Source: the human T2T-CHM13v2.0 reference genome, Homo sapiens. From it: 64,000 nt of DNA. The stretch lies in the NCBI RefSeq assembly GCF_009914755.1, contig NC_060944.1; one strand, 5' to 3'. Position 1 is the stretch's first letter. Each line of letters begins with the position of its first letter. Both the position numbers and the translations under genes were made by a program. Positions 30,712-45,193 of this stretch are shown piece after piece. The notes beneath the pieces were generated by a model. It had not been told where the DNA came from. It ran no database searches and worked only from the letters and a program-made list of their open reading frames with translations.

Positions 30712-30908
30712 AAGTTCCTTACTTTTCATGTGTTTAATATTTTTTCCCAATTTATAGAATATATTGATTAAGAATAAATTTTAACCACGCACATCTATTA
30801 CAAACTTCACGATACACTTTGCTATTTTTATATTTCTTATACTCTTATAAAATGTGTGTTCTGGACTCACGTTGGCTTCCTTTTCTTCCCTCTGGCTTCT
30901 ATTACTTT

Positions 30909-31008
30909 AGGCTATGAGCAGAGATGGACGAGGTGGCTACTGTAATGGATCAAGGCTATGAGCAGAGATGGATGATGCATCGGCTGTAATGGATTAAGGC
31001 TATGAGCA
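30909..31008. repeat. 44-bp tandem repeat, about 2.3 copies
   Basis: AGGCTATGAGCA recurs at 30909, 30953 and 30997. Confidence 0.85.
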
Positions 31009-31111
31009 TCTTGTGAAGTAGGATGTTAAATCTGTAAATGTCAGAATGAATCCAAACTTACCAATTCAAAATTGGATTGTAAAACAGCTCAAAAAAGACT
31101 GAAAACACAGC

Positions 31112-31400
<289 letters not shown>

Positions 31401-33524
31401 AGCTCTAAACGAAAGTGGTTAGAAAAGTAGCTCAAGTTGTTCCTGTCTGGTTAAATAGAAACATAAATGAATTACTTATGTGCCCCAGTGGCTTCATAAT
31501 GCTGAGAGCAATGTCAATTATTCTAGCAGGTTCTAGAAAACTTTATCATATCATGGGGTTCAATGAAAATATCAAATCATAAATATAATAATCAAATCTG
31601 AAAGTGAATCTAGTTTCAAAGACCTCAAAAGCCAGTGTTTAGGAAGCTCTTTTCAGATAGAGACAAGGGATTATTTGACTTCTTATCTCTGTTGTCTAGC
31701 ACAATGTCCAGAACACAACAGATATTCCACATGCACAGTCACATCCTATGTATGTGTATTTCTTTTCCGGCAAGGACTAGAGGTCCTAAGCTTTGTTTAT
31801 TTGGTGAGCCAGTGCCCAAATGAGCAGGAGAATCTTAGCACAGTCACCTACACACTCATTTCAGTGCTCTGGCCCCTTATCCAAGCTAGTCAAAGTGTGG
31901 TCTATGGTTTTTCATTGCAAGGGATCCCCGGGTGAATCTTGTGTCTGTCAAAGGAGGAGAAGCACTGCCCTCAAAATATAGAAAAGGTGAACTAATTTAT
32001 CCAGGCAGCCTGGCTATTTATTTATGTATTTATTTATCTTGTTGACGGGAAGATTCAAATTGACATACACAATCACCCTCATAAGGATTTCAGGTAAAAA
32101 ACAGACAAAGATTTAGATATCAGATGTGTTTTACAATTACTGCACCAGTCTTTTTCTACAGAATCTAGTAGTATATTTCCAATAGATCTAGGTGAAAATT
32201 TCTATCTCATGAGCCTTCTGTCAGTATTTTTAAAATTGGATACTCTATTAGTGGCCAAATTGAATCTCTTACAGACATCTCACTCAAACTGCAGTCATAC
32301 TTTCCAATAGGCCCCGTAAAAATCCTTCTTCTGGAGCAACCTAATATATTTATCCACCTCTTTAGACGCTTAGGTAAGTATAATAATACAAGTTTTGTGT
32401 GTGTGTGTGTGTGTGTGTATTGTGTACCTTGTGGCCTTTTGTCCAGTTTCTGCAACACCTGACGCTGAGGCAAGTTTAATGTAAATAACGTCCAGCAATC
32501 TTAGAAATGTTGACTTTTATTTGCCCATCGGGAAAAAAAAGGTGAATGTTATTGTAGAGGAAATTTTCATTCTGGAAAAAATGCCTACTGTTTGAATATT
32601 ACTTTCATGCTTTCCACAGATATTATACACAGATATTATATTGCAAGGATTATGTTTCAAAGTCATCAAAAATAGAAAATTCATTTTATATTTCTAGCTG
32701 AAAATAATAACAGTAATTAGCCTACCTTTGGGGAAATGTGATAAAAATACTAATGACCATCACAACTCATTAAAAGCATAAAATGTGCAATGATTTAAAC
32801 TACATGTTCTTTCTATGAATCTGCGTAGAAATGTAGACACATTTGATAAATGCTATTTAAAGTCTGAGTGCTTTGGTTAATGATTCATCTATAGGTTGAA
32901 GGGATTACTTTTATCTGCCTTCATAGTGAGAATTAGATTTCTGTTCTTTATAAAGCAGGGAATACAGATTGTGCATGGAGTAAAAGCATTCAATCCTTAA
33001 TAATGATGGTAGCTGTGTTGCAGAAAAGAAAGCCTGTCAGAGTAACGTGTTCAGTTTTACATCATAATCAGAGTGTGTCCATCTCTGTTGAAGGCAGAAT
33101 TAAAAACGCCTTCAACATTTTTAAAATAATAGATGAAAAACATCTCAAAGTCACTTTTAAAATTTGAATTGACGATTCCACATAACAGGAAAAGGACCAG
33201 GAACATCTTAAATACTTCACGATGGAAGTGATGTTTTAAGTGTAATTTCATCAAGGAGAAGTTTTTCCAGAAAGTCTTTTGACTTCAGTAAGAAGCTTAT
33301 TTACTCTGGTAAATAGTTTCTAGTAAGATGAGAAAGACTTGATTTTTTAAAAAACAATTAAAAATTTACATTGTTTAATCTAATGTTGTGATTTCGAAAG
33401 TACTACCTTTGCCCTTATAGTTACGCATGTGTATTTATATGTATTTTCTTGGTTCATTCAAACGCCAATAAAATACTTTACTATCCAGGCCCCTTAAAAG
33501 CCAAATTAATTTCTAAAAGTGAGG

Positions 33525-36500
33525 ATTGTATGTATGCTGTGAGGTGTGCGCAGGTGTATGCATGTGATGTGTATGTATGGTGTGTGTATGTGGTCTGTGT
33601 GTGTAGTAGGTTCATGGGGTATGTATGTGTGTGGTGTGTATTGTGGGTGTTATGTGTGTATACTGTGTGTAGTTTGTGGGTAGTGCATGGTGTGTATATG
33701 TGCTGTGTTTGTGGTGTATGTGTGTGTGGTGTGTGTATACTATGTGTGGTGTGGTGTGCGTGTGATATGTGTGTGTGCAGTGTGTGGTGTATGTGATGTG
33801 TGTTTATGTATGGTGCTGGGTGTGTGTGCACTGTAGTGTTTGATGTGTGATGAGTGTAGAATGTGTGGTGTGTGTGTGCACAGTGTGTGTTGTGTGTATG
33901 TGATGTGTGTGCTCTGTGTGTGTGGTGCTATATATACGTGTGCAGTGTGTGGGGAGTATGTGTGGGGTGTGTGTTTGATGTGTGTGGGGAGTATGGCGTG
34001 TGTGTGGTGCTGTATGTGTAAGGTGTGTGTGTAGTAGTTTCGTGTGTGTGGTGTAGTGTGTGCAGTGTGTGGGGGGTATGCGTGTGTGCACGTTGTGCAG
34101 TGTGTGGTGGGATGTGTGTGCGTGTGCACATGGTGTGTGTGCAGTGTGTTTGGTGTCTGGGGTGTGTGTGTGCACATGGTGTGGTGTGTGTGGTGTATCT
34201 GGGGTGTGTGTATGTGCACCTGGTCTGTGTGCAGTGTGTGTGGTGTGTGTGTGCGGGTGTATGCGTGTGCACATGGTGTGTGTGCAATATGTGGTGTCTG
34301 TGGTGTGTGTGCGTGTGCACGTGGTGTGTGTGCAGTGTGTGTGGTGTGTGGGTGTGTGTGCATGCATACATGGTGTGTGTGCAGTGTGTGTGATGTCTGT
34401 GTGTGGTGTGTGTGCGTGTGTACATGGTGTGTGTGCAGTATGTGTGGTGTGTGGGCGTGTGTGTGCGTGTATGCATGGTGTGCTGTGTGCAGTGTGTGGT
34501 GTCTGTGTGGTGTATGTGTGGGGCATGTGTGCTTGTGTACACGGTGTGTGTGGCGTGTATGTGGTGTGCACATGTACACATGGTGTGGCATGTGCAGTGT
34601 GGTGGGGTGTGTGTGCAGTGTGTGGTGTCTGTGTGTAGGATGTGTGTACACATGGCGTGGTGTGTGCGGTGTGTGGTGTCTGTGGGGTGTGTGCGTGTGC
34701 ACATGATGTGTGCGTGCAGTATGGTGTCTGCGTGGGGTGTGTATGCGTGCACATGGTGTGTGTGCAGTGTGTGTGTGGTGTGTGTGCCCATGGTGTGTGT
34801 GCAGTGTGTGGTGTCTGTGGTGTGTTCATGTGCACATGTGTGTGCAATGTGTGGTGTGTTTGTGCACATGGTGTGTGTGCAGTGTGTGGTGTCTGTGTGA
34901 TATGTGTTCATGTGCTCATGGTGTATGTGCAGTGTGTATGGTGTCTGGGTTGTATGTGTGTGCACATGGTGTGGCGTGTGCAGTGGGTGTGGTGTGTGCA
35001 GTGGGTATGGTGTCTGTGTGGTGTGTGTATTTGCATTGTGTGTGGTGTCTGTATGTGGTATGTGCCTGTGCACATGGTGTGGTGTGTGCAGTGTTTGTGG
35101 TGTCTGGGGTGTGTGCATGTGCAGATGGTTATGTGCAGTGTGTGTGGTGCCTGTGTGTGGTGTGTGTGTGCGCACATGGTGTGTGTGCAGTGTGTGTGGT
35201 GTCTGGTGTGTGTGTGTGCACATGGTGTGGTGTGTGCAGTGTGGGGTGTGTGCATGTGCACATGGTGTGTGTGGAGTGGGTGTGGTGTGTGTGGGGTGTG
35301 CTTGTGCACAGGGTGTGTGTGCAGTGTGCGTGGTGTCTGATGTGTGCATGTGCACATGGTGTGTGCAGTATGTGGTGTCTGGGGTGTGTGCGTGTGCACA
35401 TGGAGTGTGCAGTGGGTGTGGTGTGTGTGCAGTGCGGGGGGTGTGTGTGCGTGTGCACATGGTGTGTGTGCAGTGTGTGTGGTGTCTGGGGTGTGTGTGC
35501 CTGTGTGTGGTGTTTGTGTTTGGGAAGTGTATGCGTGTGTGTGGGGAAAAGAAAGAAATCAGACTGTTACTGTGTCTATGTAGAAAGAAGAAGACATAAG
35601 AGACTCCATTTTGTTCTGTACTAAGAAAAATTCTTCTGCCTTGAGAGGCTGTTAATCTGTAACCCTACCCCTAACCCTGTGCTCACAGAAACATGTGCTG
35701 TGTCAAGTCAAGGTTAAATGGATTAAGGGCTGTGCAGGATGTGCTTTGTTAAACAAATGCTTGAAGGCAGCATGCTTGTTAAGAGTCATCACCATTCCCT
35801 ACTCTCAAGTACCCAGAGACACAAAACACTGCGGAAGGCCACAGGGACCTCTGCCTAGGAAAGCCAGGTGTTGTCCAAGGTTTCTCCCCATGTGATAGTC
35901 TGAAATATGGCCTCGTGGGAAGGGAAAGACCTGACTGTCCCCCAGCCTGACACCGATAAAGGGTCTGTTCTGGGGAGGATTAGTAAAAGAGGAAGGCCTC
36001 TTTGCAGTTGAGATAAGAGGAAGGCATCTGTCTCCTGCTCCTCCCTGGGCAATGGAATGTCTGGGTGTAAAGCCCAATTGTATATTCCATCTACTGAGAT
36101 AGGGGAAAACCGCCCTAGGGCTGGAGGTGGGACATGCTGGCAACAATACTGCTCTTTAAGGCATTGAGATGTTTATGTATATGAACATCAAAAGCACAGC
36201 ACTTTTTTCTTTACCTTGTTTATGATGCAGAGACGTTTGTTCATATGTTTTCCTGCTGACCCTCTCTCCACTATTACCCTATTGTCCTGCCACATCCCCC
36301 TCTCAGAGAAATGCCCGATAATGATCAATAAATACTAAGGAAACTCAGAGACTGGTGCTGGCGCCGGTCCTCCTTATGCTGAGCGCTGTTCTCTATACTT
36401 TGTCTCTGTGTCTCTTTCTTTTCTCAAGTGTCTTGTTCCACCCGATGAGAAACACCCACAAGTGTGGAGGGGCAGGCCACCCTTTCACGTGTGCACATGG

Positions 36501-36580
36501 TGTGTGTGCTGTTTGTGTGGTTTCTGTGTGTGGGGGGGTGTGTGCGTGTGCACATGGTGTGGTGTGTGCAGTGTGTATGT
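33525..36580. repeat. TG-rich degenerate minisatellite (about 2 kb) split by LTR5
   Basis: Recurrent GTGTGCACATGGTGTGTGTGCAGTGTGTGGTGTCTG motif over 33525-35539, resuming at 36488-36580. Confidence 0.95.
35540..36487 (+). mobile_element. Solo HERV-K(HML-2) LTR5 (LTR5A/B-like), 948 bp
   Basis: TGTGGGGAAAAGAAAG...GGGGCAGGCCACCCTTTCA; 6-bp TSD CGTGTG (35534-35539 and 36488-36493); AATAAA 36327-36332. Confidence 0.96.
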
Positions 36581-37879
36581 TATGAGTGACTGCTTCTCTT
36601 AGCATGTGGACATCAGTCTTCCAGACCAGCTTTCTCCATGTGTCTGGGAACATAAGAAACAAGTTTCTGCAATAATTGTTACACAGCTTTTCCAGAGAGG
36701 GACCAAATCTCTGTCGTGAGTGGGTATCTGCGTCTTTGCAGGAGGGAATGTGATGTCCTGGCTTGGCTCACACCCTCTGAGGGCTTAGGCAGTTTTCCTG
36801 CTGGATCCCTCACTGTGGCCAGAGAGGGAGGGCTCTGTTTCACCACAGGGAACCAGAAGAGGACTGGTGCATGGGAAGACCAGGTAATCATAATGGTATT
36901 AATAATAGTGGTAATAATACTGTTTTATACATTGTATAAGTCATAAGGATTTTAACTTTCATGTAACATAATTGTTGTAAAAATGTCCCCAGTTTGTTTT
37001 GTGCTATTTGTGTGGTGTTGAAATGTGTAAGAATTTACATTTTAGATACATTAGGTTTATTCCTTTTTATAAGGTTTCTGTTTGAAATTTTGATTTTAGA
37101 AGACATTCATTCTCAAGGTCATAAAACACACACACATCTAATTTTCTTTTGTCTCTCTCTCTCTTTTTTTTACATTTAATACTGGAATTAACTTTTATGT
37201 AAGGTGTGGGACAATGATTCAATTCTGTCATTTTATATTCTCAAATCATTACCCAATATTTTAATACCATATATGGAACAATCGCTCTGTTTTGTGGGTT
37301 TAAAATGTTACCCTGTTACTAGATAAAATTACACTCAATTTCTGTGTTTTTAATTCTCTTTCATTAATGTGTTTATTTTTGTGCCATTTCAAATTTAATT
37401 TTGAATAGTGATAATAATCTAAAATATCTTATAGTAAATTTTATAATATTGGCTCTCATTGTGTGTATGTTCAATATATGGATTTAAAATCACATGTTCT
37501 TTTTCAAAAATATTTTACTTGGAATTTTTATTGGAATTTGAGCATATTTTTAAATGATTTACAGCAAACTAAAGAGCTAATATTATTGAGTCCTCTCATC
37601 CAGAATGTGACATGCAAATTCCTCAAACCTCCCTTAATGCCATTTAGTCAGAATTAATATGTTAAATCAAAATAAATTAGTATAAATGAGTATAACCAAT
37701 GATTAAAATAAATTAATGTGTTTGGCTCCACGTTTCTGTCTTCTGCCTTCTATCACTGATGTTTTGTTCCTATCTTTGTTGTTTTCTATAGTTTCTTTTA
37801 TTATGTCTTTTCCTGTCTTGTGATGTGAAAACTTTATGACACATTGTAATGTTTTAATTTTTCTAATTTTTTGCTTTTA

Positions 37880-38425
37880 ATTTTAACTAATTTTATTTTT
37901 TCGAGAAGTGCAGATTCACAGCTAAACGGAGCAGAGAATACAGACTTCCCATATGTCCCTTTCCCCACACACAGCCTCCCCACTACAGCTTCCTGCCTCA
38001 CAGGAGCACACCTGTGACAACCAGGAACCTACCTTGACCCTTCATTATCACTCAAAGCTTACAGTGCACATTCACGTTTACTCTTCACGTTGTACGTTCT
38101 GAGTCTTGACAAAAGCATAATGGCAACGGGATATTATTCACTGCTAACAGGAGATGAACTATCAAGCCACAAAAAGTACATGGAGGAAACTTAAATGCAT
38201 ATTGCTAAAAGAAGAAGCCAATCCGAAAAGTCTACGTACTGTTCGATTCCAATTATATGACGTTCTGGAAACGGTGAAACTATGGGAACAGTAGAAAGAT
38301 CAGTGGTTGCCATGGACCAAGGGGAAGGAAGAGATGGATACACAGAACACAGAGAATCTTCACGGCAGTAAAAACATTCTGTATGATACTGTAATGGTAG
38401 ACATATACATTTGTAAAAATCTATC
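37880..38425. mobile_element. L1MC 3' end pieces in opposite orientations
   Basis: Antisense 3' terminus about 37880-38120, then sense CTATCAAGCCAC...CATGGAGGAAACTTAAATGCATATTGCTAA...GATCAGTGGTTGCC. Confidence 0.7.
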
Positions 38426-38444
38426 TTAACTTTTAATCTTTTAA

Positions 38445-38737
<293 letters not shown>

Positions 38738-38762
38738 GTTTTTGTTTTAAGAACTGCAGACA

Positions 38763-39060
38763 AGCTGGGTGCAGTGGCTCGAGCCTGTAATGGCTGCACT
38801 TTGGGAGGCTGAAGTGGCTGGATTGCTTGAGCCCCGGAGTTCAAGACGAGCTGGGCAACATAGTGAGATCCCGTCTCCACAAAAAAAAGTATTTAAAAAA
38901 ATAGCCAGGCATAGTGCTGCATGTCTGTAGTCCCAGCTACTCAGGAGGCTGTGGTAGAAAAATTACTTGACCCAGCAGTTGGAGGCTGCAGTGAGCTGTG
39001 ATCATGCCACTGCACTCTGGCCTGGGCGACAGAGCGAAACCCCATCTCAAAACAAAGAAC
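38763..39060 (+). mobile_element. AluJ
   Basis: Sense dimer with GGATTGCTTGAGCCCCGGAGTTCAAG and GGAGGCTGCAGTGAGCTGTGATC. Confidence 0.9.
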
Positions 39061-39071
39061 AACCAAAAACG

Positions 39072-41119
<2,048 letters not shown>

Positions 41120-41923
41120 CATCCCCGGTGGGTGTCACCCTCCTCCCTCCTCTGTCGAGTTCACCCACACCCGGGCGTGGGGAACCGCGCTTCCTGCACC
41201 CCACATGTCCTGCGCGCCTGGGGCTCTCCCACAGGGGGCTTTCGTGAGCCAGGCAGCAAGGGCCATCCCGCTGCTCCAACCCAGCCAGGCTGCGCAGGCA
41301 GAAGGACTCTCCCAACCTGCCCGGGCATGCGGGGCTTTGTGTTCACTGACCTGGCTCCTCCGGAACTGGGGCTCTCCCATCCTCAGACTCCCTGGTAGTC
41401 TCCGCACCCCAACAAATGACAGGAAGACCAGAACCCGCAGCGCGACGTCCTTCTGGGCGCGTGCTCAGTGGGACAGCTTGGGCCCCCTCAAGCTGAGACA
41501 CAGGGGCAATGTGTGCTTGCGCCACCTACGTCCCACCGGAGTCCGTGGTGGGGCTGGAGCGCCAGGGCGGCGTGGGAACCCGAAGACGGGGCACCTCCAC
41601 CTCCGGAGCTCGCGACCCCGGAGGCCTCCGCGTCAAGCACAGATGCCAGCCATCCAGGCGCCTCCCAACAGCTCCAGGAGCCGGGGCTCTCGTCTGCACT
41701 CACCTCCAGCCTGTTAGATGAGCTCCTGTCAACCCCAAAGTTTCAGCAAACGGCTCAATCTTTCCTAGATCCGGCGCCACTGGGGGAGCTGAAGGACGTG
41801 GAAGAGCACGCTTTGCTGGAACCACTCCTCAGCCAGGAAGAACACAGGGCTCTTCTGGAGGAGCAGGTTGGAGCGGGGTTGGGGAGGGGTGGGGGCAGGA
41901 CGGCGGCCTCTCTTTCGCGGTGA
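41120..41923 (+). pseudogene. DUX4L (paralog): DUX4c/DUX4-like ORF remnant lacking both homeoboxes
   Basis: [67 protein letters not shown] and LSQEEHRALLEE. Frameshift about 41335; TAG at 41396-41398. Confidence 0.95.
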
Positions 41924-42727
41924 ACCTCAGGCTTGGTATGGAGAGGCGTGTCTTCCCTTCCAGCTGACCTGCCTAGGATCCCTGAGTTCCAGGTCCAGCG
42001 AGAGACTCCGCACAGAGGAGAGCTGTCAAGAATGACAAGAAAGAATTCCTGAGCATCCCGGGGATCCCAGGGCCGGTCCAGGTACAGGGAGGTGGGTTGT
42101 CTACTGCGCATGTGCGGGTTTCCAGGCAGCAGCCTGGGTTTTCTGACTAGCCCAGGCGGAGCTCTCATCCCTTTTTCCCCGCGTTCTTCAGTCGGGTTGG
42201 CGGAGACCTCAGTCCGCGAAACACTGGGCCGTGGCAGAAGCCAGGCCAGTTCTCCTTTCTGCGGCTCGACTCCTCTGCCTCTTCGCTCACCATCACTTGC
42301 CAACCCCTGTCCCATCAGCCTCCTTGCCAGCACCATGGAGGGCCTTGCAACTAAATGTAGACCTGAAACCCCGTGCAAACCGGGGTGCTGCCCATTCCAG
42401 GCAAAAGGGAAGGCAGGCAGAGATGAGGACAGGAACGGAGAGAGAGTGAGATGGAAGGATGGAGCTAGGAGAGGATGGGTGGAAGGAGGGACCCCGGAAG
42501 GGAGAGAAAGAGGAAGGGAGAAAGGGAGGAAAAACCCGGGGGAGGGAGGGAAGAACAGAGGGAAGGATGGACCGAGGGACAAAAGGAGCAAGAAACAGAG
42601 AACGGAAGGCAGAGACAAAAACGGTCTTATGCCTCCAGAGCCAACAGGACCCAGCACTCCAGGAAAATGTTGGGTTCCCATTGCGGGCTAAGTGCTGGGC
42701 CCACAGCCCCGTTGGCCGGCGGGGCGA
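41864..42727 (+). repeat. Diverged D4Z4-type sequence (exon-2 equivalent, KpnI junction, GA-rich segment)
   Basis: GGCCTCTCTTTCGCGG; GCATCCCGGGGATCCCAG; GGTACA at 42081-42086 in place of GGTACC; CTACTGCGCA; GCTGGGCCCACAGCC...GGCCGGCGGGGC. Confidence 0.88.
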
Positions 42728-43877
42728 TCAGCGGCCCTCTGGATCGCCAGCCTGGGTTACTTCATCCCGGAGCAATTCAGACCAATTCCGTTTCCGAAGG
42801 AATGAGCGAATTCCCCGGAAAGCAATGAGTTGAGACTCAGGTGGTTGTCTGCTTTTCATCCACATGGTTCACAGATGACATATCCCCACGTTGAGCCCTG
42901 CAACAGAGCTCGAGGTGGATAGTCCCATCCACACAGGAGTCACACTGAGGCCAACTGAAGCGTGATTCTGGATTCCACGTTCTTTGCTCTCTGCAAAGGT
43001 GCCTGTTGCTCAAGTTTCTGCCCCCCGAAAGCATGACCATGTTGACTGTTTGTTTCCCGAGCTCTGTGGGGCCCCGGAAACTTCCAGGAATGCGTGGAAG
43101 ACCAGCATCATGTCGGTGCTCTCCTTTCCAGTTTTCAAACAGGCTATATTGGAGACTCCCCACTTTGCAGGAAACAAGAATCCATCGTCAGGCCGTGATG
43201 TACGGGATGTTTCTTTTCTCTGTGGTTTCGCTCTCGTTGTCTACGTGAAAATGAACAAGATCCACACAACTGCGTGTGTGAGACTATCACGGCAACTGTG
43301 ACACCCAGGCGCTGGCAATAGAGTTGGCAGCCTGATCCCGGGACAAAGGTACTGATGGACATCCAGATACTCCCCGCCACAATCACTGGCAAACCCACTC
43401 CCAAACACACAGACGCACAGGGGCGCACGCGCGGGAACACAAGCACACACACAGACACACAAAGACACAGACAACTTGAAGGAGAGCAAGGGACAGAGGG
43501 ATGGAGAGATAGAAACGGAAGGAGAGAGAGAAACAGCCATCGAGAGAGAGATAGAGAGGAACTGGGGAGATTGAGAGAGAGAGAGAGAGAGAGCAAGGTG
43601 GAGAAGGAAGCAGAGAAAGGGAAAGGGTGAGGGTGACTGGGCCGGGCTGGAACAGGGGGGCAGGGCCGCCACTGCGGGAAAATCAACGGAGCCCTGAGAC
43701 GTGTTTTTACTTGGATTGGTTGGTGGCCTTGGGGGTGCGTTTCGTAGCGTCATTCCTTTGTTGGCTCCTCCCTGTCCTCTTGGTGCTGTGGGCCCTGAAA
43801 GTTGTAGAGTGCGCCCCTCACTGTGGCAGGAGCAGTGGCGCTGAGCGTGCCCAAGGGCCGCGGCTTGGGTCTCTCGT

Positions 43878-43901
43878 TTTCCGGGTGGTATGGCCTTAGA
43901 C
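43878..43901 (-). pseudogene. RNA5S pseudogene: 5S rRNA 5' stub in deleted repeat unit A
   Basis: Minus strand GTCTAAGGCCATACCACCCGGAAA; D-box-like GGCTCTTGGGCC at -32..-21 (43922-43933). Confidence 0.85.
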
Positions 43902-44741
43902 AATGGCAGTGGCGCCTGGCTGGCCCAAGAGCCCGGTCCAGCTACGCCCGCCTGATTCCAGGCGTCACCACCAACCCGGGGCCGCGAGGCTGGGATCAGG
44001 CACCCCGGAGCCGCTTGCCCGTGGCCGGGCTGCTCTCCCCCTCTACGCCCAAGCACCACCAGTCGCCGCGCTGCGCTTTCTGCCGACCTCCCAGAGCGTC
44101 CAGCTGTCGCTGGCGGCCAGACCACGCGCGAGACCTACGCGGTGCCAGAGGCCTCCATCCCCTGCCAGGGCTCTGGACTCTCCATGCGACCACCCTCTCG
44201 CTGACACTCCAGGCCTTCCCCAGGCTCTGGAGCTCCAGAGCTTCCAACACCTGGGGCCCGCTCAGGACGGGGTGTGCTCCGAGGCGTCAGGGCCCAGGGC
44301 CCAGGGTCCTGGGGTACCCTCCGGTCCTCCGCCTTGCCGCGGAAAAATTATTTTGGATTCCTCGCCGCCCCTCCTGCAAGGCCCCCTCTTGCCCCACACA
44401 CCCAGAGCCGCCAGGGCTGCCCAGGGGCTAACAGCCGGCCCAGCCCCGCGGGCCCTTTTTCTCACAACGCCCACACCATCGTCGCTTGTTCCGACGAGGA
44501 CCCGCCGTGGCCAACGGGGCAGGAAGGCTCTGCTTTGCCCCGTGCTAGCACTAGAGCCCCGGCAGCCTCATCCCGGGAAAGAGGGGCTGACGGACACCCA
44601 GACACACCCCACCACTACCACGAGCAAACCCACCCTGACACACACACGGATAGACACGGGTGCACGCGCGCGGACACACACACACCACACCCGTGCACAC
44701 ACACACGGACACACAAAGACACAGACACAGAGAGCTTGAAG

Positions 44742-45193
44742 GGAGACCACCCCTCATATTGTCTTATGCCCAATTTCTGCCTCCAAAGAAAGAAGTAAAA
44801 TCTAAAAGGCAGAAATGAAATCCACAGGCAGACAGCCCTGCGCCACACCCTGGGCCTGGTAGTTAAAGATCGACCCCTGACCTACTCGATTATGTTATCT
44901 ATAGATTACAGACATTATATAGAAAAGCACTGTGAAAATCCCTGTCCTGTTTTGTTCTGATCTAATTACCGGTGCATGCAGACCCCCGTCCCGTACCCTC
45001 TGCTTCCTCAATCCATCACGACCCCCTCACACGGACCCCCTTAGAGTTGTAAGCCCTTAAGAGGGACAGGAATTGCTTACTCAGAGAGCTAGGTTTTTGG
45101 AGACGTGAGTCTGCCTATGCTCCCAGCTGAATAAAGCCCTCCCTTCTACAACTCGGTGTCTGAGGGGTTTTGTCTGCAGCTCCTCCTGCTACA
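44742..45193 (+). mobile_element. Solo LTR2 (HERV-E/Harlequin)
   Basis: GGAGACCACCCCTCATATTGTCTTATGCCCAATTTCTGCC...CCTGCTACA; GAAG on both sides. Confidence 0.92.

Noticed and set aside
33449-35624. Long His/Thr-rich and Cys/Val-rich ORFs up to 510 aa
   Set aside because: Artefact of the TG/CA low-complexity array; several frames on both strands are open at once.
41120-42727. Functional DUX4 gene or FSHD-type distal D4Z4 unit
   Set aside because: No homeoboxes, frameshift plus stop, a single partial unit, and no pLAM sequence.
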